A DNA stretch of 59,368 nt from Nemertoderma westbladi (Eukaryota > Animalia > Xenacoelomorpha). A program made the translations under genes and the position numbers. Location of the stretch: positions 1-59,368 of the forward strand of contig JAUCBJ010009094.1 of the NCBI GenBank assembly GCA_032718475.1. The letters are read 5' to 3'. How positions within the stretch are numbered: position 1 is the stretch's first letter; each line of letters opens with the position of its first letter. Below the pieces are notes generated by a model that was not told the DNA's origin, searched no databases, and saw nothing but the letters and a program-made list of their open reading frames with translations. Shown here piece after piece: positions 10,006 through 23,177 of the stretch.

Positions 10006-12287
10006 TATGAATATGCTTTGCGAAGATAATTTTTCAAAACAGTCTGATATTTAATATGTAAATAACAGTGCACCTAATTGTATGCATGCCAACTCATATA
10101 TACTCAATGTCTATCACAAACAAAATAATAAATAATTTTAAGTTAGGCAAATTACATTTTCAACTTATTTTTTTTAGCTACCAAAAAAAATTAGGGGGTA
10201 GGGTAAAAAAAATAAGCCTCAAATTTGAATTTCATTCACATATCAATCAGTCAGTACAGCAGTACAATGAGAATACTGAAGTAATCACTCATTCTGGCAG
10301 AGCCTTATAGACATTCAATAAACAGTACTGTATCTAACTATGGCAGTAAGGGGCAATGGACAGAAATCAGTATCAGCCAGTCAGTGATCTTCAATGGTAT
10401 ATGGTATATATAACTTGGTCAGTTGGTACCGTAAGTAGATGGTCGAATCTTTTTTGATTTTATTTATTGGACCTTCATAAAATAATACTGTTAAAACATT
10501 TCTACCAGTACTTGAAATTGAATAGGTCTACAGAAATGGGCCTATCCCATTTATATAAGAGAAATCCAACACGCCCTACTGCACTCCATTAGATATATTC
10601 TCGCGTCCTGAGCCCAGCCAACTCGCCCTACTGCGCTCTAATAGATCTATTCTAGCATCCAGAGCCGGTCCAACATACCCTCCTGTGCTCCATTAGATCT
10701 TTTCTCGCATCCTGAGGCCAGCCAACACGCCCTACTGTGCTCAATTAGACATATTCTCGCGTCCTGAGCCGAGCCTATACACCATAAATTGTTCCCGAAT
10801 GGGACAAAAAATAGCATAATAAGGTTTATTTCAGCTATACTATATATATTACTATATATATACTATATTGCATTCGTCCTACCTACATCAATAGTCAAAC
10901 AGTATTTGGTTCAATTTCACTATATTACTTTGCAGCAGAAATACGTTCCCATATAGTGTTCCCAAAGGGGACAATAGCTGGTCGTTTTTTATAGGTACAC
11001 CTTTTTTTACAACAAATGATTGCCTCAAGGTGCAAAAGTTAAAATATGTTATATCTTTCAATATTCCCTCTATTGAGGAAACTCTATTGAGGACTCTGAA
11101 CTTATCACTACCTCCTGGATATGTTGTGGCATGGCCTAATACTGTAATAAACAGTCCCGAAATGCCAATAGGTGTGCGATATGCAGAAAACAGTTTCATG
11201 GCTTGAGTACTTGTAATAATTGGACTGGGTTCTGATCACGACCGGATCGGATCCGGATTCGACCAGTGTTACCGACCTCTGTGCGACAGGATCTGCCGGG
11301 GTACTTAATACTACTAGGTGCAATTTTTGTAGTTTGTTTAGGGGGAAATAGGGTGGTTAGAACAGAGTCGGATTGTGCAGTATTGTTGCATATAGTTATG
11401 GACTTATCTAGACTAACTATTCTGGAATGAACTCTTCCAGTAATTCCCTTTCTTTTACTCTAAAATAAAAAAAAAATAAACTATATCATATCTGGACTCT
11501 ACTTTTATAAACTGTAAAGTTATATAGCAATTGAAGAAGCCATATCCCAGTAAATACCAGTAATAACTATAATAATTATATTTGTAAGACAAATACTGGC
11601 TACTAGATGTGATATGGGGCATGAGAATTTTAGTACCATTTAAAGACATGGTGACACTAAGCAGTCTGAGTCCACATTAGATAAGTTTTTACTTGATCAG
11701 TTTAATTTACTTTCCTTTTTTTATAGTAGTATTCTATGTAAATACTATATATGTACTTTCCTTTTTATATTATCAATTATTTATTATCTATCAGTGTTTT
11801 AAATCTCTTTTAGTTTTAGGTATATATATAACATTACAACATTAACTAAACCAAGCTGTTGATTAATTGCACTTTTTATAATCAGGATTGACTTTCCATT
11901 ATTTTTACAAAATTCCGAAGAACATTATCTGGACCATCACTAGACATTGCTTTCTTATATTAATAAGTACATACAATGCCCTGATATGCCTCAGATATCA
12001 AAGGTTTAATACTGGTAGGCCTACTGGTACCAGTACTAGTACTTAACGGATAAACCTACCACCCAAACCGCCTAACAAATACCATTTTGTTTTAGCCAAT
12101 CAGAACAGTATTGCTCAAATCAACCAATCAAAACTAAGTTCTGGAATTCAAAATATTATATATAATAGAACTGCACATCAATCTATGTCAATTAGGAGAA
12201 AAATTATTTACAAATCGGACATATACTGTACTATAATCGGTAATATTTGATCTTATCTATTCATCTTTGAACTAATACGAACTAATA

Positions 12288-12656
12288 ATGTACAAGAAAG
12301 GTAAATCATCAAAGGTCATTGATGTTCCCGGGATTGGTGAAGCATTCTCAGAGTGGCTGGGAAGAAAGCGAATTAAATACGCGTATCAGCTCGTTAATCG
12401 ATTCAATGACTTCAATGGGGATGAAGAAGCGTTTTATCGTTATCTACATGATATTTGTGGGCCCCAAATGCATCGAACTCGGTATCATGTAATATTGCAA
12501 TGGGTGAAGGAACATAGAGACATCGGGACAACAAAGAAACGTGAAAGTGATAGTCTGGAAGTCGGGGTCAGTAGTGAAACAACAGGAGAGCTCACAAAGG
12601 TTAACTGTCTGTGTAACTTTCTACGTAATGGCCTACGAGGTTCCCGAGATTGGTGA
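12288..12656 (+). CDS. BAF-like protein A (barrier-to-autointegration factor domain plus C-terminal extension)
   Basis: VIDVPGIGEAFSEWLGRKRIKYAYQLVNRF...DEEAFYRYLHDICG aligns by eye with BAF [30 protein letters not shown]...DEDLFREWLKDTCG. Confidence 0.8.
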   Translation: MYKKGKSSKVIDVPGIGEAFSEWLGRKRIKYAYQLVNRFNDFNGDEEAFYRYLHDICGPQMHRTRYHVILQWVKEHRDIGTTKKRESDSLEVGVSSETTGELTKVNCLCNFLRNGLRGSRDW

Positions 12657-13044
12657 AGTATTCTCCAGGCGGCTGGGAAGAAAGGGAATTAAATACGCGA
12701 ATCAGCTGTTAAAACGCTTCAATGACCTCAATGGGGGTAAAGAAGACTTCCAGCGTTTTCTACATACAATCTGTGGGCCCCAAATGACTCGAACTCGGTT
12801 TGATCAAATATTCCAATGGATGCGGGAACACAGTGACATCGGGGCAAAGGAACATCGGTGTGAAAGTGAAAGTGAAACAACAGGAGACATCAGCAAGATT
12901 CAGTGTCTGTGTCACTGTAGTGCTCAATCAAACTCTAGGGGAAGAAAACGCAACCCTACAAATTCAAACAACTCATTTATTAAAACATTTTTTAATTGTC
13001 TGCTGAAGTGTTTATTTTCCTGCTGCTGGTGTTCGACACTTTGA
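12628..13044 (+). CDS. BAF-like protein B with Cys-rich tail ending in CSTL (CaaX-like)
   Basis: ATG at 12628; EVPEIGEVFSRRLGRKGIKYANQLL...FQRFLHTICG; ends CLLKCLFSCCWCSTL*; AATAAA signals follow at ~13065-13086. Confidence 0.75.
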   Translation: MAYEVPEIGEVFSRRLGRKGIKYANQLLKRFNDLNGGKEDFQRFLHTICGPQMTRTRFDQIFQWMREHSDIGAKEHRCESESETTGDISKIQCLCHCSAQSNSRGRKRNPTNSNNSFIKTFFNCLLKCLFSCCWCSTL

Positions 13045-13562
13045 ACCCAGCCATACTATAATAATAATAAATATAATAATAATAAAACTATTCCATAAAA
13101 ACTATTAATTATTATCTTTATAACGATATTTAGACATACAAATTATATTATATAATATAAATATATTTTTTGATACAGATTTCTATGGTTTATGTTTGCG
13201 CCAGCAAGGTATGCAAGGGGCTGTTTAGAGATCAACTATGCCCATGCTTTCGCACAGTTCACAAGGAGTGGGCAGTCTCGTTTCGACCTAAATGGGACAA
13301 GATGATAATCGATAAGGAGGATAACATTATTATACCACACATCTTTTCGAACACTGAATTTCTGATGTTATTCTTCCCTAAAGATGTACTTCAGGTAACA
13401 ACAGATTTGGTATATATATCAAATAAAGATTAACATTAACTCCAAAGTAAATATACACACAAACATCAGATTTGGTCTCGGGCATATATTTTAGTATCTC
13501 GTCGAGATAGGGAGAGGGTGAGAAACTGGACGCAAATCCGTGCATACAGATACCTATAATGA

Positions 13563-13838
13563 AGGATAGCCAACTACAAGACAAAAATAATTAATGACAA
13601 ACCATCGACTGCCATTGACAGACATTTTACTACCTCGGGTCATTCTTACAATGCACACTTCAGAATTACACCATTTGATTGTCTACCGATCTCAGCAAAC
13701 AAAAAACTGAACCGACAAAAACTTAGAATTAAAGAGGGAGAATGGCAGTGCCGGTTGGAAACTTTACAACCAATGGGTTTGAATGTTCTCAACGAGGCGG
13801 TGATCAATAACTTTGGACTTGATGTTTTCAATCCTTAA
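13563..13838 (+). mobile_element. Penelope-like GIY-YIG endonuclease C-terminal fragment
   Basis: My translation: RIANYKTKIINDKPSTAIDRHFTTSGH...KLRIKEGEWQCRLETLQPMGLNV, the RxxxH..HF..H..E..W..L.TL.P.GLN pattern; not listed in the ORF track. Confidence 0.75.
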
Positions 13839-15039
13839 GAATTATTTATAAAGATTAAAGATTCAAAGCTTTAACAAACTCATTAATTGCTAGGGTAGTA
13901 TTATTATTTGTAGTGCAATTATTCTAGAATATCGTTTATTTGAAAAATATAGAGAGAGCTATCGAAAGCTAATAATAAAAAAAATTTTTAGTGATTGATC
14001 ATATAAGTTGTCACTTTTTGAATTCTTAAAATATTATTATATATATGATATATATGTAGATATATGACTTGCAGTACATAGTCCAAAAACCAACCTTGTA
14101 TATACGAAAAATAAACCGCGCCAGCATATTCCAAATAAATTCCAGTCCGACTTAGAAATTGGTACTGCATTTCCCTTTGAAGATTGCCTATATTGCTTAT
14201 AAAGAAACTGTTGCAATCATATAAAAGCCCATTACACGAGGTAGATAGGTGGATACATGAAATGGGAGGCAAAAGTATAGGGCCTTCTAAAATATGATAG
14301 TGTTCTGTCATTGGTCCATCCACATTCTAAGAAATCAGCAGACATTCCTTCGGTGGCCATTTCGACTTATCAATGAGAAAGTGTGAACCATGCTGCCCCA
14401 TCTCTTGCTTTCCTAAGAAAGTGTGGCGTCCAACGACTCTTGAGAGCAAGTCGTCTTGGGCAGTAGTGCATAGGGCAGTAGTTGTCATCACTCTTATTTC
14501 ATCGACTCGGTTCGTTCCTACCTAACAAATGTATCACCCGCTCGGTAACCAATAAACCAATTGCCCATTTAATCTAAGTTCTGGCTGGCTACCATGACAA
14601 TGTAGTTTATTTTGTTGCAGAGTGTAAAGTAAAAGTAATTTCGATTACTGACATGGAAGGAAGGTGGTGGGGGGACAAGTGGGAAAAGAGTTTGAGTGCA
14701 TATCTACAAAAACATTCCCCACAAATAAATAAAGTTATATTCCCATTTTTCATAATTAGCACATTAAAGCCTTTACTTTCCTCGTTCTCGTTCCTCGTTC
14801 AACAAGTCCAAAACAATTTCGAGACTAATTATTACTTACTTATATTATAAACTTACTTTTACATACAAACGTACTTATGCTGTTTTTTACTTACACAAAT
14901 ACACACCTATTCAATGAATTAATAAAATATGTAAATAAAATAAATATTTGCATCCTCCCCTTAAATGACTATCTTATATACTCTTACATAACTTATTACT
15001 ACAAGTTATAAAGTTGAATATAATATTTAATACTTTCAG

Positions 15040-15304
15040 AGATGTGATGTGCGGTCTCAGATTCCACAACTTGAATAGAGATCAAGACGCCTCGGAACAA
15101 TTCTTCAGTATCGGTATTCGAACGGGAGCTACTGTAAGAATTGAAGAACTTGAATACCAATCAGCCAAGAGGGGTGTTGGTTATTGTAGCGATTCCCCAG
15201 TTGTAGTGTTTCGTCAACCCCTCCAGAACTATATACAACCTCTGTTAACCTCGCCAGAGCTTACCGGATATGCAATCTTTTTGCGACATTTAGATTTGCA
15301 AGCT
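15040..15304 (+). other. Orphan coding-like exon, unknown product
   Basis: TTTCAG| acceptor and |GTAAGT donor around a 265 bp open frame. Confidence 0.45.
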
Positions 15305-17258
15305 GTAAGTATTTATTTATTACATACTTTTTTTTTACAACAAATGATTGCATCAAGGTGCAAAAGTTAAAATATGTTATATCTTTCAATATTCCCTCTA
15401 TTGAGGAAACTTTCACAATTCTGTCTACAATTGCTACATTCATTCGTGAAAACCACAATCATGAAAGTTTTCAAAAAATGCTAGGACCATTGTTGTTGAA
15501 AGCTACATTTTATTTGGATAACTCACTTTTCAATTTTCATCTAACCCTATTAGCACCGAGCTATAAAATGTTGTACAATTACCGGGGGGGGGGGGGGGGG
15601 GGATGGGAGTCATATTGACCCCCCCCCTCTAAAATCTACAAATTTTTACGAAAACGTCTGATTTTTTGTTTGTACGTAGGTATCACTAGTCTCGATCCGA
15701 TTGAAAAAAAAATTTCGAAAAAATGTACTGAATTTATTAATCATGGTTATATTCACATGGATTACGAGCACAAACTGTAAATAGATCAACATAAAATAGG
15801 TACTGTGGTGGTACTGTAGATAATTCAGTGTTGTTACGAGAGATGGAATCAGCACGAATACGAACTTTGGTTTTTTCCAAAAAACATTCGGGAAAAATAC
15901 ACATGCGTGTCAGCTATTATTACTGACTATTATTATATTATAATATTGCAGCAACAAAATTACAAGTAGTACACAATTTTCACAAAATTTGAAAGTTACA
16001 TGTTTCGGCTAATTGTTTTTCAATACAGGTTTACTTGGGCGCAAAATACATAAAAAATACAAAAATATTTAAAAATGATATGATTACTATAAATGGCTGT
16101 TTAGTCCTCTCTGCAAATGAAAAAAACAAGTAACCTGCACTTTTCAGTTAGAACACAACATTTTTAATTCATTTATACTACGCTATAAATTCACATTTTC
16201 AGGTTTTCTAGGGCACTAATTCTAATGGAATACATTTCTAATATGCCAGATCATTGCTACTTGTATTTTTCGGCGTAACTTGGCAAATTTTGGTGCTAGC
16301 ACCAAATTTGGTACCCATCACCGAAAAGTACATTCCATCAGAGTCAGGACCCTCATCTGATCAATTTGCTTATTTTCAAAAATTTGGTGCTGGCACAACA
16401 ATTTTCACCCACCAGCGAAAAATACAAGATTGGAAACTCTTTATGAAATTTTTACTGATTCCATTGAAATCAGAACCCTCACAAACCCGCATAACGCAAG
16501 AAACAAGGCGACACAATCAATTGATATATTTGATGGTTTTCAAAATTTGGGGCTAGCACCACATTTTGCACCCACTTCCGAATAATACAAGTTTGAGATA
16601 TCTTGTTTGATAATTATATATTCCATTGAATTCAGAACAGCCAAAAACACCCAAAACGCAAGAAATAAATTGTCACAAGCAATTTTATCTATTGAATGGA
16701 TTTTTAAAAATTTCGTGCTAGCACCAAAAAATACAAGTTTGATACGCTAGGTGCAACTCGTATATATTCCATCGAAACCAGAACCCCAAAAGACCCCAAT
16801 TGCGTAAAATACAAGTTTCAAATAATCAATTGATATATTCATATGTAAACATGGCCTCAATAAATCATAAAGTGAAAATTGTGCTGATTGGTGGGGAATT
16901 AACACGAGGCTATGGGACAAAGAAAAAACCATGGCCAATGGCTGGTGATTTCGTCCCTATAGCTCAGTACCAAAATGAACGCTAGAGGGCGTAAGTTTTA
17001 TAAGTTCTCAAATCACTCGAGACAATGCCAGTTTTAGAGTAGTTCGCGCATTGCACAAAAAAAACACATTTTTGCCACAAAAGCTTTAATAACTAACCTC
17101 CAACGAAGCCGACGTAAACCTTGCCGAATCACAGCTGTTGGCGCAGCTCGTTCATATTAATAAGGCTCCAACAACCGCCACAGGGGTTAGCGTTGTCTGA
17201 CGCAACAACCGCCACAGGGGTTAGCGTTGTCTGACGCATACCATTCGATACATCCACC

Positions 17259-17801
17259 ATGGGTCATAAAAGTACCACCCAGTACAGTCGAATTGTGTAC
17301 CTCCGGTTCTACAATGAAATATTTTGTCCTGGTTCTGAAGAAGTCAATGGAGAGGTCAGGGGTTACTGCTACGTGATAGCCCCTGAGTATAATTACGATA
17401 CTATAGAAATACTCACTCCACTATGGATTCTCGAGGACGCTACGATGGTCGATGATGCAAAGAGATACGCCCCTCTACCAACTGGGCTGATATCTATAAG
17501 GACAATGGCGCCATTCGTCATGGAGGTGCCACATCTACGTGGCACCTCTATATCGTTCGCGGATGCGTGCAGTTGCGGCTTTTGTGATGGCCACTATAAG
17601 GCCGCATGCCCGGCCTGCGAGAAGGCCAGGTCTGCAACTCTAGCAGTGGAGCTGCGGCTTCCCCGCTGTATCTTCCAGGGCATCGACGTCATGCCATATA
17701 CATTACATCAGTCAACCCCGGCCATTGACTCTACATCAATGTTCTCATGGTTCCCCAGCACCAAGCTATTCCCCACTGTGTCTAATGGCACAGCCATTTA
17801 A
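17259..17801 (+). CDS. Hypothetical 180 aa ORF, paralogue of 3480-4085
   Basis: ATG in CCACCATGG context; same Cys cluster; no recognisable family. Confidence 0.3.
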   Translation: MGHKSTTQYSRIVYLRFYNEIFCPGSEEVNGEVRGYCYVIAPEYNYDTIEILTPLWILEDATMVDDAKRYAPLPTGLISIRTMAPFVMEVPHLRGTSISFADACSCGFCDGHYKAACPACEKARSATLAVELRLPRCIFQGIDVMPYTLHQSTPAIDSTSMFSWFPSTKLFPTVSNGTAI

Positions 17802-20351
17802 ATTTCATTTAAAATAGATAAAGTAATTCCTCTCTTTAAAAAAGATGACCCAGCTGACCCGAACAATTATTGCCCAATATCTCTCATAGTGCTGACGGCT
17901 AAAAAAAAGTGGAAATAGGCAGCTAAATACAAATAAGTAAAGTTCTACCATATAATGCATATTTATAGGAAATATTGTTGTTGCATCAGAAAGAGCATCA
18001 TTTCCTAAAACCAAAGATATTAAATGTTTAGAATAAGAATAATTCAAAAAGTGCATCACTTCAATGCCAGTGCCAAAGTTCTATGAATATGCTTTGCGAA
18101 GATAATTTTTCAAAACAGTCTGATATTTAATATGTAAATAACAGTGCACCTAATTGTATGCATGCCAACTCATATATACTCAATGTCTATCACAAACAAA
18201 ATAATAAATAATTTTAAGTTAGGCAAATTACATTTTCAACTTATTTTTTTTAGCTACCAAAAAAAATTAGGGGGTAGGGTAAAAAAAATAAGCCTCAAAT
18301 TTGAATTTCATTCACATATCAATCAGTCAGTACAGCAGTACAATGAGAATACTGAAGTAATCACTCATTCTGGCAGAGCCTTATAGACATTCAATAAACA
18401 GTACTGTATCTAACTATGGCAGTAAGGGGCAATGGACAGAAATCAGTATCAGCCAGTCAGTGATCTTCAATGGTATATGGTATATATAACTTGGTCAGTT
18501 GGTACCGTAAGTAGATGGTCGAATCTTTTTTGATTTTATTTATTGGACCTTCATAAAATAATACTGTTAAAACATTTCTACCAGTACTTGAAATTGAATA
18601 GGTCTACAGAAATGGGCCTATCCCATTTATATAAGAGAAATCCAACACGCCCTACTGCACTCCATTAGATATATTCTCGCGTCCTGAGCCCAGCCAACTC
18701 GCCCTACTGCGCTCTAATAGATCTATTCTAGCATCCAGAGCCGGTCCAACATACCCTCCTGTGCTCCATTAGATCTTTTCTCGCATCCTGAGGCCAGCCA
18801 ACACGCCCTACTGTGCTCAATTAGACATATTCTCGCGTCCTGAGCCGAGCCTATACACCATAAATTGTTCCCGAATGGGACAAAAAATAGCATAATAAGG
18901 TTTATTTCAGCTAAACTATATATATTACTATATATATACTATATTGCATTCGTCCTACCTACATCAATAGTCAAACAGTATTTGGTTCAATTTTACTATA
19001 TTACTTTGCAGCAGAAATACGTTCCCATATAGTGTTCCCAAAGGGGACAATAGCTGGTCGTTTTTTATAGGTACACCTTTTTTTACAACAAATGATTGCC
19101 TCAAGGTGCAAAAGTTAAAATATGTTATATCTTTCAATATTCCCTCTATTGAGGAAACTCTATTGAGGACTCTGAACTTATCACTACCTCCTGGATATGT
19201 TGTGGCATGGCCTAATACTGTAATAAACAGTCCCGAAATGCCAATAGGTGTGCGATATGCAGAAAACAGTTTCATGGCTTGAGTACTTGTAATAATTGGA
19301 CTGGGTTCTGATCACGACCGGATCGGATCCGGATTGGACCAGTGTTACCGACCTCTGTGCGACAGGATCTGCCGGGGTACTTAATACTACTAGGTGCAAT
19401 TTTTGTAGTTTGTTTAGGAGGAAATAGGGTGGTTAGAACAGAGTCGGATTGTGCAGTATTGTTGCATATAGTTATGGACTTATCTAGACTAACTATTCTG
19501 GAATGAACTCTTCCAGTAATTCCCTTTCTTTTACTCTAAAATAAAAAAAAAATAAACTATATCATATCTGGACTCTACTTTTATAAACTGTAAAGTTATA
19601 TAGCAATTGAAGAAGCCATATCCCAGTAAATACCAGTAATAACTATAATAATTATATTTGTAAGACAAATACTGGCTACTAGATGTGATATGGGGCAGTA
19701 CCATTTAAAGACATGGTGACACTAAGCAGTCTGAGTCCACATTAGATAAGTTTTTACTTGATCAGTTTAATTTACTTTCCTTTTTTTATAGTAGTATTCT
19801 ATGTAAATACTATATATGTACTTCCTTTTTATATTATCAATTATTTATTATCTATCAGTGTTTTAAATCTCTTTTAGTTTTAGGTATATATATAACATTA
19901 CAACATTAACTAAACCAAGCTGTTGATTAATTGCACTTTTTATAATCAGGATTGACTTTCCATTATTTTTACAAAATTCCGAAGAACATTATCTGGACCA
20001 TCACTAGACATTGCTTTCTTATATTAATAAGTACATACAATGCCCTGATATGCCTCAGATATCAAAGGTTTAATACTGGTAGGCCTACTGGTACCAGTAC
20101 TAGTACTTAACGGATAAACCTACCACCCAAACCGCCTAACAAATACCATTTTGTTTTAGCCAATCAGAACAGTATTGCTCAAATCAACCAATCAAAACTA
20201 AGTTCTGGAATTCAAAATATTATATATAATAGAACTGCACATCAATCTATGTCAATTAGGAGAAAAATTATTTACAAATCGGACATATACTGTACTATAA
20301 TCGGTAATATTTGATCTTATCTATTCATCTTTGAACTAATACGAACTAATA

Positions 20352-20492
20352 ATGTACAAGAAAGGTAAATCATCAAAGGTCATTGATGTTCCCGGGATTG
20401 GTGAAGCATTCTCAGAGCGGCTGGGAAGAAAGCGAATTAAATACGCGTATCAGCTCGTTAATCGATTCAATGACTTCAATGGGGATGAAGAA
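20352..20492 (+). pseudogene. BAF-like A, 5' part, broken by rearrangement
   Basis: Matches 12288-12428 almost exactly, then switches to filler and transposon sequence. Confidence 0.8.
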
Positions 20493-20518
20493 ACCAACCT
20501 TGAAATACCAAACAAATA

Positions 20519-21753
20519 TCAAACAACCTTGAATGTGAATGGCTATAGTTAGATGAACTAAATGACTCAGGGGCAATTCTATGAGGATAGGAATATCTAC
20601 ATCTAAGTTCAAAGGTCTCACAGAATCCACAACTCGTAGGTGAAGGAACAGTGTGGACAGAAATACTATACTTCCGCCGTTTGCAAGTTTTGCAAATTGC
20701 AGATTTACCTAGTGCTTTATTGAGTATGGACAGATCAATGATATGGAAGGTTGATGGTGGAGTATTCTTATCTTTGGGATTGGGTGGATCCACATACCTC
20801 AGTTTTGATCTGCTAGCACTACTTGTTGGTACAGCTATGATGGGTGCACTTTCATCACTTTGAACATCTATAAAAAGTGGCAATACTCATTATAATAAGT
20901 AGTACTTGCTTGTAAATATGTAAATAATATAACATATGCTAAAACTGTTACCTAAGCATAACCCGTATGATAGCTTATATTGAGGTTGAGGCCATCAATT
21001 TTTTTGGTGTTTTTGGGGTTTTTGTGGTATTTTGGGACAAATTATTATTGTCATATCCAACTACTGGTGGATATGACAATAATACAGTAATAATAATAAT
21101 AAGGCTGTTATCTTAGAAGAAAAAAAGTCATAAATCCACTAATACAGACAAATTACAATGTTATTCACAAACTAACTTGATCAAGAGCAGCCCTATTGTA
21201 CCTTCAATGATTATCAAACCGGACATCTACCTACTTTTACTTACTTACCAACGGGTTTGTCATCCAGCTTCTTCACATGTTGATTACCGAGAAATTTATG
21301 ATGTTTGTATGTGCTTGTACTGCGAGGCATTCTCTTGGTATTAGGCGCACCATATACAATTATAAATTAATACACCTACAGTAACATACCAGCCGAGCTC
21401 AAAGTAACTCAAGCAACCTAAATCCGCAGTGTGCTGCTGCAATAGGCCTACCAGATGTATAAGAAAGACTGTAAATTAAACTTTGAATTTCCCTCTACTT
21501 TGTAAAGTGTGGAAAATAACATAGATTTGTCTCTTTCGCAACAAAATTCTTATGAAGCAAAAAATAGACTTGGCAGTGATTTTTATTAGGGGCGGGTGTG
21601 TTCGGACAACTTTCACAAAAGACGTCATAACTTTTGACAGAGTGACATTCATTGAATATAACTTACATATTCGGAATCTCCATTAAATTGTGGTTTAGAA
21701 TCCATAATAAAAAAAAATTTGATTTTTATATTTATTTTTCATGTTGAGCCACC
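20519..21753 (-). mobile_element. Truncated Kolobok/Mutator-like transposon (5' part)
   Basis: Near-identical to 27513-28751; ends CC|TTAA at 21753. Confidence 0.75.
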
Positions 21754-23051
21754 TTAAATAACTTCTTGCAATAAAATGCTACAGGCAATGTTTGCTTTAA
21801 TACCAATTTTTCTCAGATACCATAATATATTGATGAAGGTTATGTGATTCATATTACCTGACTGTAATATCAATAGGCCTAAGGCTAAAATGTAAAAATG
21901 TTTTTTTTTATTTAAAAAGAAATACCAGTAGGCCTACATAGGACCACTGAACCAGTACCCATACACTGCTTACAATACAGTCCTGCAGTCTTCCTCCTAT
22001 CAGCTAGGTATTAGAAGATTCTTAATCTTAGTTCAATTCTGGTAGTGGATTAAGTACCATATATGTCTATGGATATGGTACAGCAGTAGGCTAACTACAT
22101 TGCATGACAGATCACCTAAAATTCAAATTAGGGTGGTGTTAGCCTTCAACTCAGTACCTTAGAGTAAGTAAGCCTTCTGCAGTACTGACTATCAATGGGT
22201 GCAGGACACTTTGCCACACTGCCTTTTCGACATAGAAGTTAGTAAAACAAAAGTGAAGTATCTTGTGCTTGTGTGACGCTAGGGAAAGCAATTTTACTAC
22301 TGATTTTCAGACAATTTCAATCAATTGCTTATCAATTCAATCAATCCTTTAATTATTCCAAATGCACAACCTGATAAATTTACAATTTTTACAGTATGGA
22401 AGCACAATGGCAATTTATTAGACTTGATATAATCAACAATTTACAGATTTACGTTGTATAGTATAGGTACTCAAGCGCGGCTGTACTGTAGCAATAGTTT
22501 AGTAGCCATTACAGTAAAATAAAGATTATAACACAATATCGGTTTGGCGGGCGGTGGGTTGGGGGAAGGACTTGATAGCCTCAAATTTGTTAATTTTTTA
22601 ATTTTAATTGTACTTGATTTAATTTTTTAATGATGTTGAAATGAGATAATGTATAGTGGGTGAACCTGCATTAGTAGATACTCAAGCCACAACTTTATAA
22701 TTGTACATATTTTATCTCTTACAGGTCATCTTATATTTATCATTGAACAGCATCACATGAGGATGAAGACATGAGATAAAAGGGAAAAAACAATGTAAAT
22801 TTGTAATATATTAAAGAATATTACATACACAGTATATTAATATTACAACAAACTGTAGTAACAACTGTGATTTAAACAACTGATGATAACACAATCGGGT
22901 AACGCAATCGACACGCTTACCATACCCTCTACACAAACCAAAAACCTCAAGCACAGCATGGACTGATCAACTGGTGCGCATCCATAATGAATTAATAAAT
23001 TAAAATAATTTTTTCATTTTTACTTAAAAATGATTTAACATAATTTTACAG

Positions 23052-23177
23052 ATATTGATGAATGTACATTAAACACCGACAACTGTCACATTAATGCTGA
23101 CTGTTCCAATACTGTCACTGGATTTAGTTGCAGCTGCAAGTCTGGATATACAGGAGATGGTGTCACTACATGTACAG
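23052..23177 (+). other. Orphan calcium-binding EGF exon (phase 1-1)
   Basis: TTTTACAG| [42 protein letters not shown] |GTAATA; 126 bp; six Cys. Confidence 0.9.

Larger units (their letters stand above)
10006..20492 (+). repeat. Tandem segmental duplication, period ~8.08 kb (copies B and C)
   Basis: Sequence from 10006 recurs from 18082; identical ORFs at 10068/18144 and 10888/18964 are offset by 8076 bp. Confidence 0.9.

Noticed and set aside
12541-12627. GTG-start N-terminal extension of BAF-B (and TTG start at 23484)
   Set aside because: The extension is an alternative frame of BAF-A or unrelated flank, not homologous between copies.
13988-14460. Possible coding fragment on the minus strand
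   Set aside because: In-frame stop and no recognisable family; cannot support a call.
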